64,000 bases of DNA, from assembly GCA_050084985.1 (NCBI GenBank), contig JBITNC010000001.1, positions 189,968,001-190,032,000 on the forward strand, written 5' to 3'. This stretch comes from Nageia nagi (taxonomy: Eukaryota > Plantae > Pinophyta). Numbering within the stretch: position 1 is the first letter of the stretch; each line of letters begins with the position of its first letter. The position numbers were made by a program, and so were the translations under genes. The notes under the pieces were generated by a model. The model searched no databases. It had not been told where the DNA came from and saw nothing but the letters and a program-made list of their open reading frames with translations. Positions 1-13,221 of the stretch are shown piece after piece.

Positions 1-569
1 ATAAATGAACAAAAAAAGCCCTAAACAACCTTGAATGGATAATATGATAGTCCATTATCATGGTGGCTATCGAATAGAGCACGCAAACTTCTTTAGGAAC
101 ATATGTTGAAATATTTACCTTACATGAAAGAACCATGCTATTATTCATTAGATTTCCCATACTGAAATCGATGGTGTAAACATTGAATCATCTTGCTACC
201 AGCCTATAGTCAAACACCAAATATGGTGATATTAGAAGTGTAGGCAAACCTAGTGTGTTAAGATCAACGTTGTCGTAGTTCTTTTTGAGGTCATAAAAAT
301 TCTTAAAATAAATCAAATTCTATGACAATGAGCTGATTTTCCTCGATGGAATTGGTGAGGTTGTGAAATCCATCACTATTGTTTTAAGGAAATGACTTGT
401 TCCCCTCTATCATCCCAATGATACTTCCTAAAATGGCCTATCATAACATCTCATCTATTCCCCTACCATCCTCATTTCCAAAGCATCTTCTAACCTTGGA
501 ATAATCAAATATAGAAACCCTACTAGAGATTACAATAGCTATGATATAAAAAACAATGATAATAACATA

Positions 570-880
570 GTGCATGTAGTTGAAGGTAATGATCAACCAA
601 TTCAACTAACAAGGTCTCAAGCTCAAAGAGAGGATAAACCTTTTTTCCCTCTACCACCACAAATAAAACTTAAAGACCTATTGCAAAAATACTTGATCAC
701 ATTACCTTCAAAAAGAGCTCAAGATGATAACAATACAACAAAACTAGTTTGGTATCAAAAAACATCATATTGTGGATACTATGACACTAAAGGTCATACC
801 ACCAACTAATGTAGCAAACTTAGAAATGAAATTCAACGATTGATCAATGAAGGAATTCTAACATTCTACACTCAAAATGC
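570..880 (+). pseudogene. Degraded Tat/Ogre-like Gypsy gag C-terminal region
   Basis: YCGYYDTKGHTTN*CSKLRNEIQRLINEG resembles the Cx2H..GH..C..L..IQxLI knuckle at the end of Tat/Ogre gag. Confidence 0.55.
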
Positions 881-2404
881 CAACATTCTAGGACATCAAA
901 TTCAAAATTCCGACGTTCTAGGAATTCAATCCTAGAATGTCGAGATCAAAGCCAAAATGCATAGACTCAAATTACAAATTACAATTTCAACATGTTTCAG
1001 ACCAACCAAAGAACAAGCTATGGAAGGTTTCAAAGCAGTATTTCTTAGAAAAACAGTTTAGCATGACAATGGCAAAAAATTTCAGTAAGTTAAATCAGCA
1101 AGCATCTACAAATGAGAACAAGCATGATGATAACAATGGCACTTTGAATCCATTCCGATGATTCTGATCCATACTTAAGTGATACTGCTCTAGTGACCTG
1201 TATAACCAATTTTCCCTCTTGTTCAATGATGAAAGTAAAATAAAATATTCTAGCTCCCTTGACTCATCCAAAATTTGAAATGTGTGAAAACTTATCATGA
1301 AACTTGCAATGCTACTAACAATTGTCTTCAGCAGAAAGTTTGTTTTAGGACAGGTTCTACTATTATGAGGTCATGTTTGCAAGACATGACATAGAAGCAG
1401 TCACTATGTTCATCTCTTCGAACAATGGTGCAATTCCTATGATATGCAAACCATATTCCATGAATGGTAAGTATTATACACTATTGCACCAAATAAGGTA
1501 TATTTCTTAAATGTTTCTTTGTCTTATTATTGTGATAATCAATTTTTGTCTTAGCTTTAACCAAATCCAATATAATCACCATGTAGCATAGCTTCCATTT
1601 GGATTATCATGGTTAGAACAAATGCAAATTTGCATTCATCAAACAGTTTAAACTACATTTCTAGCCTTCTATCTCAGGCATATCTTGTTCAACACTAAAT
1701 AGTTCTTTGATGATCCTAATAATTACTTGGTTTCTCCCTTATGTACACTCATCTTTTTCCGTTTTTGTACTTTGCCTTCAATTTCGGATTTTGTTTGCTT
1801 ATATGTGAAGCTCCTTATCTTCGTCTTTGACTTTCACTATTTGCTTCTACATTTTATCTGCCAACTATTTTCATGGCTGAACAAGAATTACTTCAAGTAA
1901 TACAAACTATTTAATGAAGAATCTCAATGAGTATGTAAATTTTGCAGAAAATGATGACACTCCAAATGCAACCATGGGGCAGAAGATAGATTAACACTCA
2001 TTTCTCCAGGTAATAGGTTAATCCCCATATCATAAAAGCTATCAACAATAGATGGTATGGAATTTCCAAAACCAGTAAACATCATGCACCTAAACAGGCA
2101 CTGTGCTTGAATTTTAGTTGTTACTTCACCATATTTTTTGCATTGCCTTCACATTTCCAGACTAGTTTAGGTTGCATATTACATTTATGTGCTTTCTTGC
2201 ACCCTAGGACACCATATTTCTAAAATGCCCACACTATAGGACCAAACATCCCAGAATGCTCACATTCTAGACCTGGGCATCTTCACTCTTTTAGCTTTCA
2301 AAAAATCTGAAAAAATCATGTTTAAAAATTCTGCATTTTTGTTTCAGTTATTTTCTAAAAAAGTAACAACTGCATTAATTTTTGAAATGTATTTTTCTGC
2401 AACA

Positions 2405-2560
2405 TTAGTTCTCCATTATCATTTTCTGAAATATCATTTCTACATTCTCATTTTCTGAAATATCATTTCTGTGTTTTCTGAAATATCATTTCAACATTCT
2501 CATTTTCTGAAATTTCATTTCTGCATTTTCTGCAATTTAATTTCTGAATTATCATCTTCA
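2405..2560. repeat. Degenerate tandem repeat (CATTTTCTGAAATATCATTTC-type units)
   Basis: Several imperfect copies in series; probably belongs to a decayed retroelement. Confidence 0.7.
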
Positions 2561-3059
2561 AAATGACCACCTTTCAGAATTATCCAGATCTGTTATCTAA
2601 GTGCAGATACGGTTTGCCCTCCAAAATCACAAGCTGTCCCGTGACAAGTCTCGAATCTTCCACCCTCTAGATAAGTCTTCCCCATATCTCCTCAAATAAA
2701 ATTTCATAATTTTAATTACTAAATCATATTCTGCATATTGTTATTAATCTATTTCCATTCCGAAGATAGATAAATGTATATGTTCTAATGCATTGTCTTT
2801 TATTTTTGTGTCTACAGTTGTATTAAAGAAGAAAACATACTACGGATGGAAATCAAATGGTATGGAAGGGTAAGCTATATAGAATAGTTCTATAAGAGAA
2901 AGAGTATGAGATAAGTTACAGAAGACTAAAATGTAAACAATGAATTAAACCTTTGCACAATTTTTCCTGTTACTTTGAATTCATTGGTATCAATGATATT
3001 AAAATTTTAAATGTAATGTATAAAGTTTATATATTACTTCATATATTCAGAAACCTATT

Positions 3060-3225
3060 ACAATTGACAGAGCTCATAAATATTCAAATAGATTTTTCCT
3101 AATATAAGGAGAATTTGCATCCCTGCTTGATGTGAATACTATTACAATACACAGAACTCATAAATATTCAAATAGCGTTTTCCTAATATAAGAAGCATTT
3201 ACATCCCTACTTGATCTCAATAGAT
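3060..3225. repeat. ~84-bp tandem duplication
   Basis: ctcataaatattcaaatag..tttcctaatataag..catccct.cttgat occurs twice. Confidence 0.75.
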
Positions 3226-4848
3226 TCAATAGAATGTCTTAAATTTTAAGAGCAGACGTATATAATAACTTCCACATCATTTTGTCTTAGGATTTTTGTA
3301 TTAGAGAAGAAATGAACTTGTTTTGACAGGAGAATACTAAATGTTAAATCCTTGCTTTGAACTTTGTGCATGTTTTGCTATCCCTCTGAATCTGTGAATT
3401 GTATACTACCAATTACTTATGAAGGTTATATATGGGCTTGCTTCCTGGCTCATACATTGAAAAACATTTAATGTGTAAGACCCCACACCATGATTCTTAA
3501 ATACAATCAAATACCCCTTAAAGCCTATTGGTATATGTCCCTAAAGATTAAAAGGACTTGAAAAACTCCAAAAGATGAAAATTGTTTTGGACCGGCTAAC
3601 AACCTATTTCTAAGATTCCAGAACACTTCCCTGTCCTGAACACTTCTCCAAGCTCCTAAGAAGCGTCAAAAACATTTGCAGAAGATTTTGAAACATTTTG
3701 TGCATTTTCAGCAACTATCCAAAAGACCCTGAAGTTCCCTACACCCTAAATTTTACAGAAATTTTGATTAAGATGGCACAGACAGAGCCAATGTGTCCTT
3801 TGATCATCAAAGCCGGAGTTGTGCATCAGGTGGGATACCAGGTGTTACTGTGATCTACAGCACCAGCCTCATGTCTAGGGTGAGATAGTATTCCTAGGAG
3901 TTTCTTGAAGTTTCCTCTACCTTCTCCAAGAGTTTCTGGCAGTTTCTTGAAGTCAATTCCATATTTGCTTAAAAACTCTAGCCCAAATATTTTATAGTTT
4001 CTTGTCATAGTTGTCCCACTTCCAATTTAGGCATTTCATTAGCTTCAAGGGACATGTATATCATATGTAGTGTAACATAGCCTACAATAGATAAGTTTGT
4101 ACAGAAGAAACACACGGATACACTATCATCACTTAAAATACATGGCTTGTGCAACAAAGAAATATAGATCACTCACATCAAAAATTTCCCAACCAAGCAA
4201 CTCCCAACAAAACAAGTCTACAGTCCCTTGGTTGTCTAAGTAGAATCCTTCAATTTGTTGAATCCTTCCTCAATTATGTTTTCTCCTTGGAACATTTTAT
4301 TTGGTTGCCTTACTTGTTTATGCATGTGTTTTTTGACATTTGGTCTCCATCATCCAATTGCTCATGACTTCTTCCACATTTGAAATTCTGAAGGTTCCCT
4401 ATCAATGCTCCCTGCAATCCATTACCTCCACTTGAATTGCCTGCCAGAATCAGCCACTTCATTCATTTCTTGACCCTAAGAATACCATTTAAAGTTTAAA
4501 ACTTTAAACATCCCAGTTATTGTGAATGCCTAAAAAGTTTGATCACCGTTTCTACAAATGAGAAGTTGCCCATGCACCAAACATCATTTCATATTTCAGA
4601 GCCAGTATCGATACACTATCTATCTAGGTGGGAATTTGTCCAATTCTTAGGTGTCAAGAAGTAAGTAACCGTCTGAGAATGTATGGTCTTCATTGTTTAT
4701 CCCACATTCCATGATTATTTTCTTTCTTGCTATTTTAGGGTTGGGTGACTATTTTATCAATTGGCACATAACAAGTGATAGAAGAGTTTGGTTCTATTAA
4801 CCAGAATGCAGGCCATATCTATCATTTTTAGTTTAATATTTGATATTC

Positions 4849-5411
4849 CAAGGGTCCACCGGAGCGCCAAAGCGGGCCGTCAGAGTGGATCGGGCCCAGG
4901 CTCCCGCTGTCCGGAGCGGCTGAGAAGCTCCAGGAGCAGCTAAAAAAAATTGCACATGATTTTTTTAAAAAGGGTCAAATCTTAAAATAAAAAAACATAG
5001 TTGGATACTTGATAGTTATGGTTTTGCTATTTTGGGCCTTTGGCATTGGCATTTTGCTACTATGACATTATGACTCATTTCGATATTATGACATTATGTA
5101 CTACACTGCTTCAGACTTATTTGTGATTTAATGACATTATGGCTTGTTTTGATTTCTCATTTTTGCCTTTCAGATTCATACTTGATTACTATTATGATTT
5201 TATCATTATGTTTTGTAATTTAAATTCATATTTGATAGTAAAAATGAATTAGAAACAATGAACATGAAAAAATCTAAAAATCCTAGGGTTTTTCTATTAG
5301 CCGCTCCGCCTGCCAAATTGGAGCCGCTCCCTAAAAATGACCCTCCGCCGCTCCGGACATCTGGAGCACGCTCCGTACGCTCCACCTCTCCCGACTCACC
5401 GTGTAACCTTG
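4849..5411. mobile_element. hAT-like non-autonomous element (MITE)
   Basis: Imperfect TIRs CAAGGGTCCAC / GTGTAACCTTG; 8-bp TSD TGATATTC (4841-4848) / TGATATTG (5412-5419); GC-rich subterminal GGAGC(GG)/(CC)GCTCC repeats around an AT-rich core. Confidence 0.8.
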
Positions 5412-7287
5412 TGATATTGTCATCTCATCCACCCATCTCATTGTTTGGCATCACTGAATTTTCTGTTTTATCTCTAGTTTCTTCCTTTTATGTTAGATTT
5501 ATGCTGACTTTGGTTGTTATTCATGTTTGCCAGCGTGCAATGCCTGGATCACCATTCCTCTCTGACACATTGTCCATATTATTCTTTCCTACAAGTCTTG
5601 ATGTGTTTCAGTTGATTCAATCAAGAGAAAAATCACAAATCTGTGCTAGGGCAATATCATCGGCTTTTTCACTCTCTTAAGGGTTTATTGACAAATTCAA
5701 GAAATCTTGTTTTTCAACTGCTATAGGCTTTTCTGCCTGCAAGAACATTTGCAGTCCTTTAATAGTGACTGAATTTGTGGCAGTTTCATCAGTTTCATGC
5801 TGCCATCTAACCTCTATCCTATGTATTACAACCTACAGCCTGACTAATCATCAAAAATGTTTACAGCAGAACAAGATCGAAAAGTATGTTAGTGTTGGAA
5901 AATTTCAGGTACTCTGGAAAAAGAGTGTTACTGTTACAAAATTTCAGGTACTGTGGAAAAATTGTTACTATTACAAAATTTCAGTTACTCTGTAGTCTGT
6001 ACAGGCCATTAAAAAATGGTTACTCCCAGATTTTGGTCTGGCAAAGGCACTCATCACTACATATGCAATGATTTCATGTTTTGTGTCACATTGTTTCTAG
6101 ATCTAGCAAGATGACAATAAAGTTCAGCCTGGCCACCGCCCAACCTTCAGCAGAAAAAATTACAAGTGAAAAATCCAAGTTCCATAGTCAAGTCTCTCAA
6201 GACCCTAAGTAGTAAGTGACAAATAGTGCAGCAAGAGTTACCAGAGATACACGCCCACCCCCCAGTTTTCCATACATATGAATACATGCATCCGATACAA
6301 TGTTGTGCAAATAAAGCCCAAATATCATATCCAGATATATCTAACAGTGTGCTTGTATCTAGGCCATATCAAATACATTTAGATTGTAAAGGTCTTGCAA
6401 AGCTAACCCATTCAGGGAAACAGTCTTCACTGGAAATGAATAATTGCTTGTAAAATTAATATTTTTTCTTTTCAAATGTGATGATACTTTTTAAATAGCA
6501 TAGCGCAGAAAGAAAGAGAAGTCCTATGAATGTTCACAAGTGATCATCAACGGTCAATGGGATTCATAAATCCATTTTCACAATAGTGTGAAGTAGTCGA
6601 AAAGGAGCTCATAAGTCATGTAGAAACTAACAGCTACAAAATATTAAATAAAATCCCAATTAATGTGGGCATCTGTAACATAATGTAATGCACATACTGT
6701 ATGAGTTCATCACCAATTTTGTTAGAGAAGATAATGCCTAAATAAAAGCAAACTTCTGACACTTAGCCCTATATGGATAGGATATCTATAGACAAAATGG
6801 AGGCAAGCTTGGGCTGGCTTGGTTCCCGCATTGCCATTTATTGCATTCCTAACTTTAGATATCCAATGGCTCCTACAATGTATTCAAGTAAAGGAATGTT
6901 CACATTCAACGTGGAACTACTCATTCCCCAACACTTACATCTGATATAATATTTTTTTTATTAGAAGGGAAGGGGTTTTGAAAGGGTCCCGGGACCTTGT
7001 ACATAGAGATAGGAAATACTGTCTCAAAATTACATCAAAACAAAACAGCTACTAGATCTTAACAGGATCTCCAAACAATAGGTTAAAGTTTACTTAACAG
7101 TGAATTAGGGGAGACTACCCCAAAAAAGGGAGGAGTGGCCTCCTAAAACTAATTTTCTTTCGACGAGAGGTATCTTGAGAGGTAGGCTCAAATCCTTAGA
7201 AGACCCTATGTTTCTTCATAGAAGAAGTAGATCATGGCCAATAAAGCCTCTCAATTTCCATGAGAGGAACTTCATTTTTTAGATTTA

Positions 7288-8577
7288 TGTAATGTCCCAA
7301 ATTAGGAAAAACCAAAATTTTGCATAAAATAACCAGATCTAGTTAGATTGTTTGCCCTAGTTACAGAATTGATGTCTTAGCTCAGATCTGACTTTAATGA
7401 CAAAATAAATACAGAAAACTAGGAGAATTGCAGATCTGCCCAAACTGATTATTGCAGCCTGGATTTGCAGATTTACTATGGAGCTGATTATTGCAGTCCA
7501 GAATTATTAATAAATTATTATGGAACTGATTATTGCAGCCCAGAATTGTTAATAAACATAGGTCTGATTACTGCAGTAAAGAAATTACAAACAAACAATG
7601 CAAAAATCAGAATAATGGCCCAAAGGGCTGGACATCTGGCTTAATTGACCAGATTTGATGCAAGAAACTCAAAACACGCTACAAAACACCTCAGCTGCTG
7701 ACATCACACTTTTGGGGCCTCAAACCCCTGGATCTGAACTCTGAATGCAGCAAGAAACCCCAGAGGCTGAACGTCTCACTCAAAAGACCTCAATCTCACT
7801 ACACTGAACATCAAACTGAAGTTGAAGCACAAGTGTGAATCTTGAATGGATCCACCAACAAAGGAGCCTCATAGCTGAGATAGACTAAATTTGATATTTG
7901 AAACCCTCCTCTTCGAAGCTACTAAAGACTTGGTGGTGTCAAGTACCCTTGGGCATGAAGCACAAGGAGAAAGCAGGAGGCTTAGGACACCTTCTGTCCT
8001 ACACGGTTGAGGTGTTGTCCGTGCGAGCGAGGCTGCCCCACCCTGAGGCGTCCACAAGCGGTCTTCATCTTTGAATCCATCCGATAGCATTCCGGAACCA
8101 CACTTGTTCTCTTCGTCGGGAACTAGTCTATGAGGGAGCCCTTTGGTGAGGTATCCATAGCGCTGGTAGGAGGTGGTTATTCTACCCCATTTTAGTATCT
8201 ATATCCGCACTACATGTGCCCTAGTTGGCTCCTTGGAGGCCAACGTGTAACCGTTTAAGCCTGGTATTGTATTATTCACTACTTTCATCAATAATTCAGT
8301 TGTGGGCATTTTTGGATCTCAATAATAGTCTCATTGTGTAATGTCCATGCTTCTATATCCCCATGTTGAGCTATTTTGCATGTTTGTACTTGTGTGATAC
8401 AACGTTGTCATATCTGGATGTGTTTGGCATAGCATAGTAGCCTTGGTGTATGATGTTGGCATTACCGGATTGATATTTCATGTATTTGATGCCCTAGATT
8501 AGGCGTGGCACGCTTGAGAGCTAGTTTTGATATTTTATTTGGCTAATTTGCAGTTGAGTATTTTTGGGGATATTACA
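7288..8577 (-). mobile_element. Solo LTR (1.29 kb)
   Basis: Termini TGTAATGTCCC...GGGATATTACA (inverted); no internal coding; flanks ATTTA/AATCT do not match as a TSD. Confidence 0.7.
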
Positions 8578-8947
8578 AATCTTCAAAAGTTAAATGGGAA
8601 TGTGAAGAGTCCCTTGTGTTGACGCCTCAACATATCCCTCCTTTTTTGCAAAAGGATAAGGGGACCCTCAACTTCAAACAACAGTTTTTGAGCAAGAATG
8701 GAAGAAAGTTGTTCAGAATAGCCCAAAGTGCAACTTTAAAATCAGATGAGAAGCTTACTTAAGAAAAACAAGCATTTTTTGGGAAATTCATGTATAGGAA
8801 CAAGTGTGAAATACTTAAGTGGTTAAGTTCAAAGTTGGTCGTATGACGAAGGAAAGATACATTGTCATGGAATAGCAAAACCACCTTCTCAAGCAAGTTT
8901 CAGCATTCAAAAAGTTGTTAAGTCCTCAAATTCTCCATTTTAAGGGT

Positions 8948-10206
8948 GTTCGCATGATTTCTAACAGTTGCAAAGTCATCTTCCTCTAACCATGTGACCA
9001 CTTCTCTTGAGCAACCAAGAAGCATAAAATTGGGTTAAGTAACGGAAATTCTCTTCCCAAGGGCGTTCACACAATTCAAGTTAGTTCCAAACTCATCTTT
9101 TTGTGGCCTCCCGACCACCATTACTAGCACGTTGCATTTACGTTGATCACATTTAGCCTTCATTTGAACCAAATGGACGAGGGCACTTGGCAAGGAAGTT
9201 AGTATATAAAGGAAGGTCACCTAGTTCACTTAACACACTCATATTGCAGATTCAAAGGTGTTCACATGGTTCTTGAAAGTAGCATTTTCATCTTCCTAAA
9301 ACTATGTGACCACCATCCTTTCAAGTTCTAAGTTCAAGAATCGACTAAGTGTTGGGAAAAAGGCTCATTAAGGCATTCGCATGGTTTCAAAGTAGCATTT
9401 CCATCCTTTTCCGAGCATGCGACCACCCCTTACAAACGTTAAACATGCATTGAACCGGCTTGTCTAGAAGTCATTTGGCCTCCACTCGAACAAGTATAAT
9501 ATGTACACCTGTCAAGGGGAAAACTATAAAAGCAAGTCTTGTTCCTTACTTCCAAGTCAACTTTTGCCTCTAAAGTGGTCGCAATTGATAGTCACCTTTG
9601 CATCTTGTTGAAGGCATGCGACCACCCCTTTCTGCATTCAAACACCATTCATAGTGATCACATGGTTTCACAGAGTTGCGTTTACATCCCTTTCAAGACA
9701 AGCGACCACCATCATTCCTGCATCTTGAGGCTAAGTCTATTATGTTGATCATCCATTCTCAGTGGCTGCATGGTTCCATTTAGTTACCTTTGCATCTTTC
9801 AAGGAAGGGTCGACCACCTTTTTGCATCTCCAAAACAACTATGTTCGAATGGTTTTGAATAGTTAAAGTTTCATCTTCTGGAAAGCATGTGACCACCTTT
9901 GTCATGCATTATAAACAACACTTGTCGAAGCACTTGCCTTTCCTCCTTGAAATGTTGCCATTTGGCAATCCTGAGGAGCTATAGAAGAGAAAGAAGGGTG
10001 ATTTAGTCCAAGTTAGTGTTTCATAGTGCTGGTCGCACGATTTCAAGAAGTTACACTCCCATCATTCCCAAACCGTGCGACCACCTCCTTATTGCATTAT
10101 TGTTTGCATTTCATGGTCCATTGCATCGTTTGTTTTGCATCAACTCATTCCACAACATGGTCGCATGGTCCCAGACGTCCATCATTGTGAATGCATGCGA
10201 CCACCC
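8948..10206. repeat. Array of ~9 inverted-repeat units, consensus GTGGTCGCATG-N~30-37-CATGCGACCAC
   Basis: Units at ~8948, 9258, 9375, 9576, 9654, 9762, 9842, 10030, 10158; the consensus arms are exact reverse complements. Confidence 0.8.
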
Positions 10207-12436
10207 TTTTTTGCATTTAAATCATTTTAGTAAGCGTCCATTTCTGTCCTAAAAGTGGGCCCATGCACTTTGTTACCATTTTGTAGCCACCTCATACATT
10301 TAAGATTTGAATTCATTTGCATTCAAAAGAGAAACCAATAGCTGGCCACCTTGTCATCATTCATGCATTAAAATTAGGTTATAGACAATGTTGCATGTAG
10401 AAAAAAGTTGGTCACCTTACTTTCATATAAAGGTATACAGGCCTATCAGGCATTGCACCCCTTCTCTGTCAGAGTCAGTTGCTACTAATTCAATTTGCTT
10501 GCAGGTTAAAGATGGCGAAGATCAATTCTAAGTTTGGCAAATCCAAAGAGATGCAATTAACCAGGCTGATGGAGCGTAGTTAGATAGAATTTGCGAAAGA
10601 GAATCCCAAAGATCCCTCGAAGCAAGCCAAGTTTAAGAATAACTTTACCAACGTTCAGGATACCAACTGGTCTCACACTGACCCAATCCGGACACTTCAA
10701 GCTATTGGGGAATTAGACAAATTCCAAATTTCTAAAGAAGTAGTGTGTACTTTTGGATTGGTGACTACCACATTAATTCCTTTTTCCGTTCCTTTTCCAG
10801 AGCTCTACTACAAAGTGGGTAGGCATGCCAACTTCAAGGATCGAGCCCTCTATGACATTGATGGAAATAAAATCTTAGATTTCTCTCCTTCGGGGATTGA
10901 CGAAGCCTTTAAGTGGAGTATTGAAGGGGTCATTTATACGAAGAGAGATTCTTTAGAATATTATGAGAAGTCTCCACAAGCTGCAAGTCTTATCAAGGAC
11001 TGACTTGAAGAGGAAGGCAAAGGATTCACAGGAAACAAATTGTTAAATGCCAAGAGGCAACACTTTTACCGCATGTTATCTATGATCATTAGCATGTTGT
11101 CTAGAATCATTGGCAAAGAAGATGACTTTAAGTTCCGAAGAGAGTTTACTGAATTCATTGTCGTGATTGGAAACCGACAGAGAATAAGGTGGAGTAGGGT
11201 AATAAGTAACTCCTTGTTCCAACTAGCTCACATTGGTTCTTCGAGAAAGTTTTATATGAATTCCTACCTGTTGGGGTGTTTTTCTTTCCTACCCTAGAGC
11301 AGTGAGAAAAATGCCAACACCTCATGTGAAAGGACGTTACTTCCTCCCGCTATGGGGACTGGTTACCCCAAAGGTTAACTTCATGACTTGGTGAAGATAA
11401 CTCAAGGAATGGCTAAGATGTTTAAAGCTGCCACCAACATGAATATCATGTGTGAATTCAAGAACTCAGATCGTCTTCGTGGCTAGATGGAGTTGTTTCT
11501 AGAAAATGTTGAAAGGGAAATAGGGTGCGAAAAACGCGAAAAGAAAGTGTAAAATAAAAGAAAATAAAGAAAGAAAAGATGGTGGAAAGACTTGTGGGTA
11601 GTAGGATGCAACTATAGGCATGCGGACTCACGGGCTCGGGATAAGGTCCTCAAAGTCGACTTGTTGGGTCTCGACGTAGGTTCCATGCATCCTCAATTCG
11701 TTCCGCTAGCCAACAACATGAATGATCTAGTGGAAGAAGCGTGAAGTTGTGGCAATGATGGAGTAGGATGGGTGAAGGTAACACTCAACGATTCGGGTGA
11801 AGTTCCTACTATGAGCGACATCAACAAGACATCTTGAAGTATCCAAGCCTAAGATTGCAAATGACAAAATATCACCAACAATGTGCTAATCAACCACTTC
11901 ATAAGATATACAAGCACTCTCTTGTCCACTCCATACGGAATTTACAGGATGCACCAAGTGATGTAAATTAACACAAAGCAGTAATAGAACAAACTAGACA
12001 GCACAGTCAATCATTCATTCGAATTTGGCATCACAACATGAGAAGCATTTCATCATAATTACACATACATACACCACCTTTAACAACTTAGAGAATTTTT
12101 GATCTAGCAAGCAAAAGTTCCTTTCCATTGTCAAAGTGTCAATCCCCCTACAAATGAATCAAAATGGGGTATAAATAGTTTAGGAGCAACCAACAATGTT
12201 GCCCTAACCCTAATCACAAGTTTTCAAGAAAAATAAATGCGGTTCAATAATAAAGTGCCACATGGCATTAAAAGATTTATTACAACACTTGTGGGAGCAA
12301 ATCCTCATCCATCACAAGGTTGTACAAAATTTAATGAGTCTTTGGAATCCAAATTTAAAATAAAATTGCAATAAATAAAAACGTAAAATAAACTAATTGT
12401 TGCACTTGCAACATCCTGCCTTGAAGGTTCTCAGGT

Positions 12437-12955
12437 CTATTCCTGTTGATCCACCTTCTCTATCTCTGCAACGTCGAGCTTGAAGACCCCATTGTTGGCT
12501 TGTTGATGGTACTTCTGTCTGTCTGTGGCTACCCGGTTTTGAAGACAATCTGGATTGGAAGGTGTGGGCTCTCCTTCTAGGCTCAACTTCCCTTGCTCTG
12601 CTTCCAGCTTCTTTGCCAGCTTGGTGATATCCCTTATCCGTTCTGCGCCAGTGGTTTTGACTTCATGAATCTCAGTCTTTAGAGTACGGGCCTCCAAGTC
12701 ATGTGGCTCCTCCGAATCTTTGTTCAAGGCAACTTTGGTGACAGAAAGTGTGTTGTTCACCTTGAACACGAATCTACTCACATAGTGAGTGTTTGTAGAT
12801 TCATCTCTTGCTCTCAGGCTGGGATCCTCATGCAATGATCTTATTAAGGCTGTGATGTCAACATTGTGCCTTTGTCTTGGCAAGGTATTGCCAGTGGTCA
12901 TGCCTCCCTCTATCTCGCCTCCTTGCTCTGCTACCTCGGGGTTTGGTTTGACCAT
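12437..12955 (-). CDS. Intact 172-aa ORF of unknown function (MVKPNPEVAEQ...EKVDQQE), putative coiled-coil, within the nested unit
   Basis: C-terminal part of ORF 12437-13198. The ATG is preceded by a pyrimidine tract + CAG (TTTATCTTGCTCCTCATCCTGTGCACCAG|AATG). Charged heptad-like segment LKTEIHEVK..IRDITKLAKKLEAEQ. Confidence 0.5.
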   Translation of the reverse strand: MVKPNPEVAEQGGEIEGGMTTGNTLPRQRHNVDITALIRSLHEDPSLRARDESTNTHYVSRFVFKVNNTLSVTKVALNKDSEEPHDLEARTLKTEIHEVKTTGAERIRDITKLAKKLEAEQGKLSLEGEPTPSNPDCLQNRVATDRQKYHQQANNGVFKLDVAEIEKVDQQE

Positions 12956-13221
12956 TCTGGTGCACAGGATGAGGAGCAAGATAAACTGAGTTTGGAATAA
13001 TGAGCTCCCCAGGTTGGTGTTTATAAGCAAATTTTGGTTTCCAAGAAACCTTAGTCGGCTAGGTATGAGAGGAATTGATCTTGACCGTCCAGATGGCCGA
13101 CCTCGGGATGTGTTTGTGCTCAAACTTCCATGCCTGACCATCAGAGATCGAATGTGGGGTCTCTGGGGCTGTCTTTGCAATCTGGCTATTTCGAGCATAT
13201 ACCCTGAACTTGGAGCATACC

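Noticed and set aside
5258-5680. 140-aa plus-strand ORF
   Set aside because: Spans the GC-rich MITE end and flanking intron; chance ORF
5678-5832. Minus-strand open stretch VVIHRIEVRW..AEKPIAVEKQDFLNLSINP* as the ClpR2 last exon
   Set aside because: No similarity to the conserved ClpR2 C-terminus; no supporting evidence
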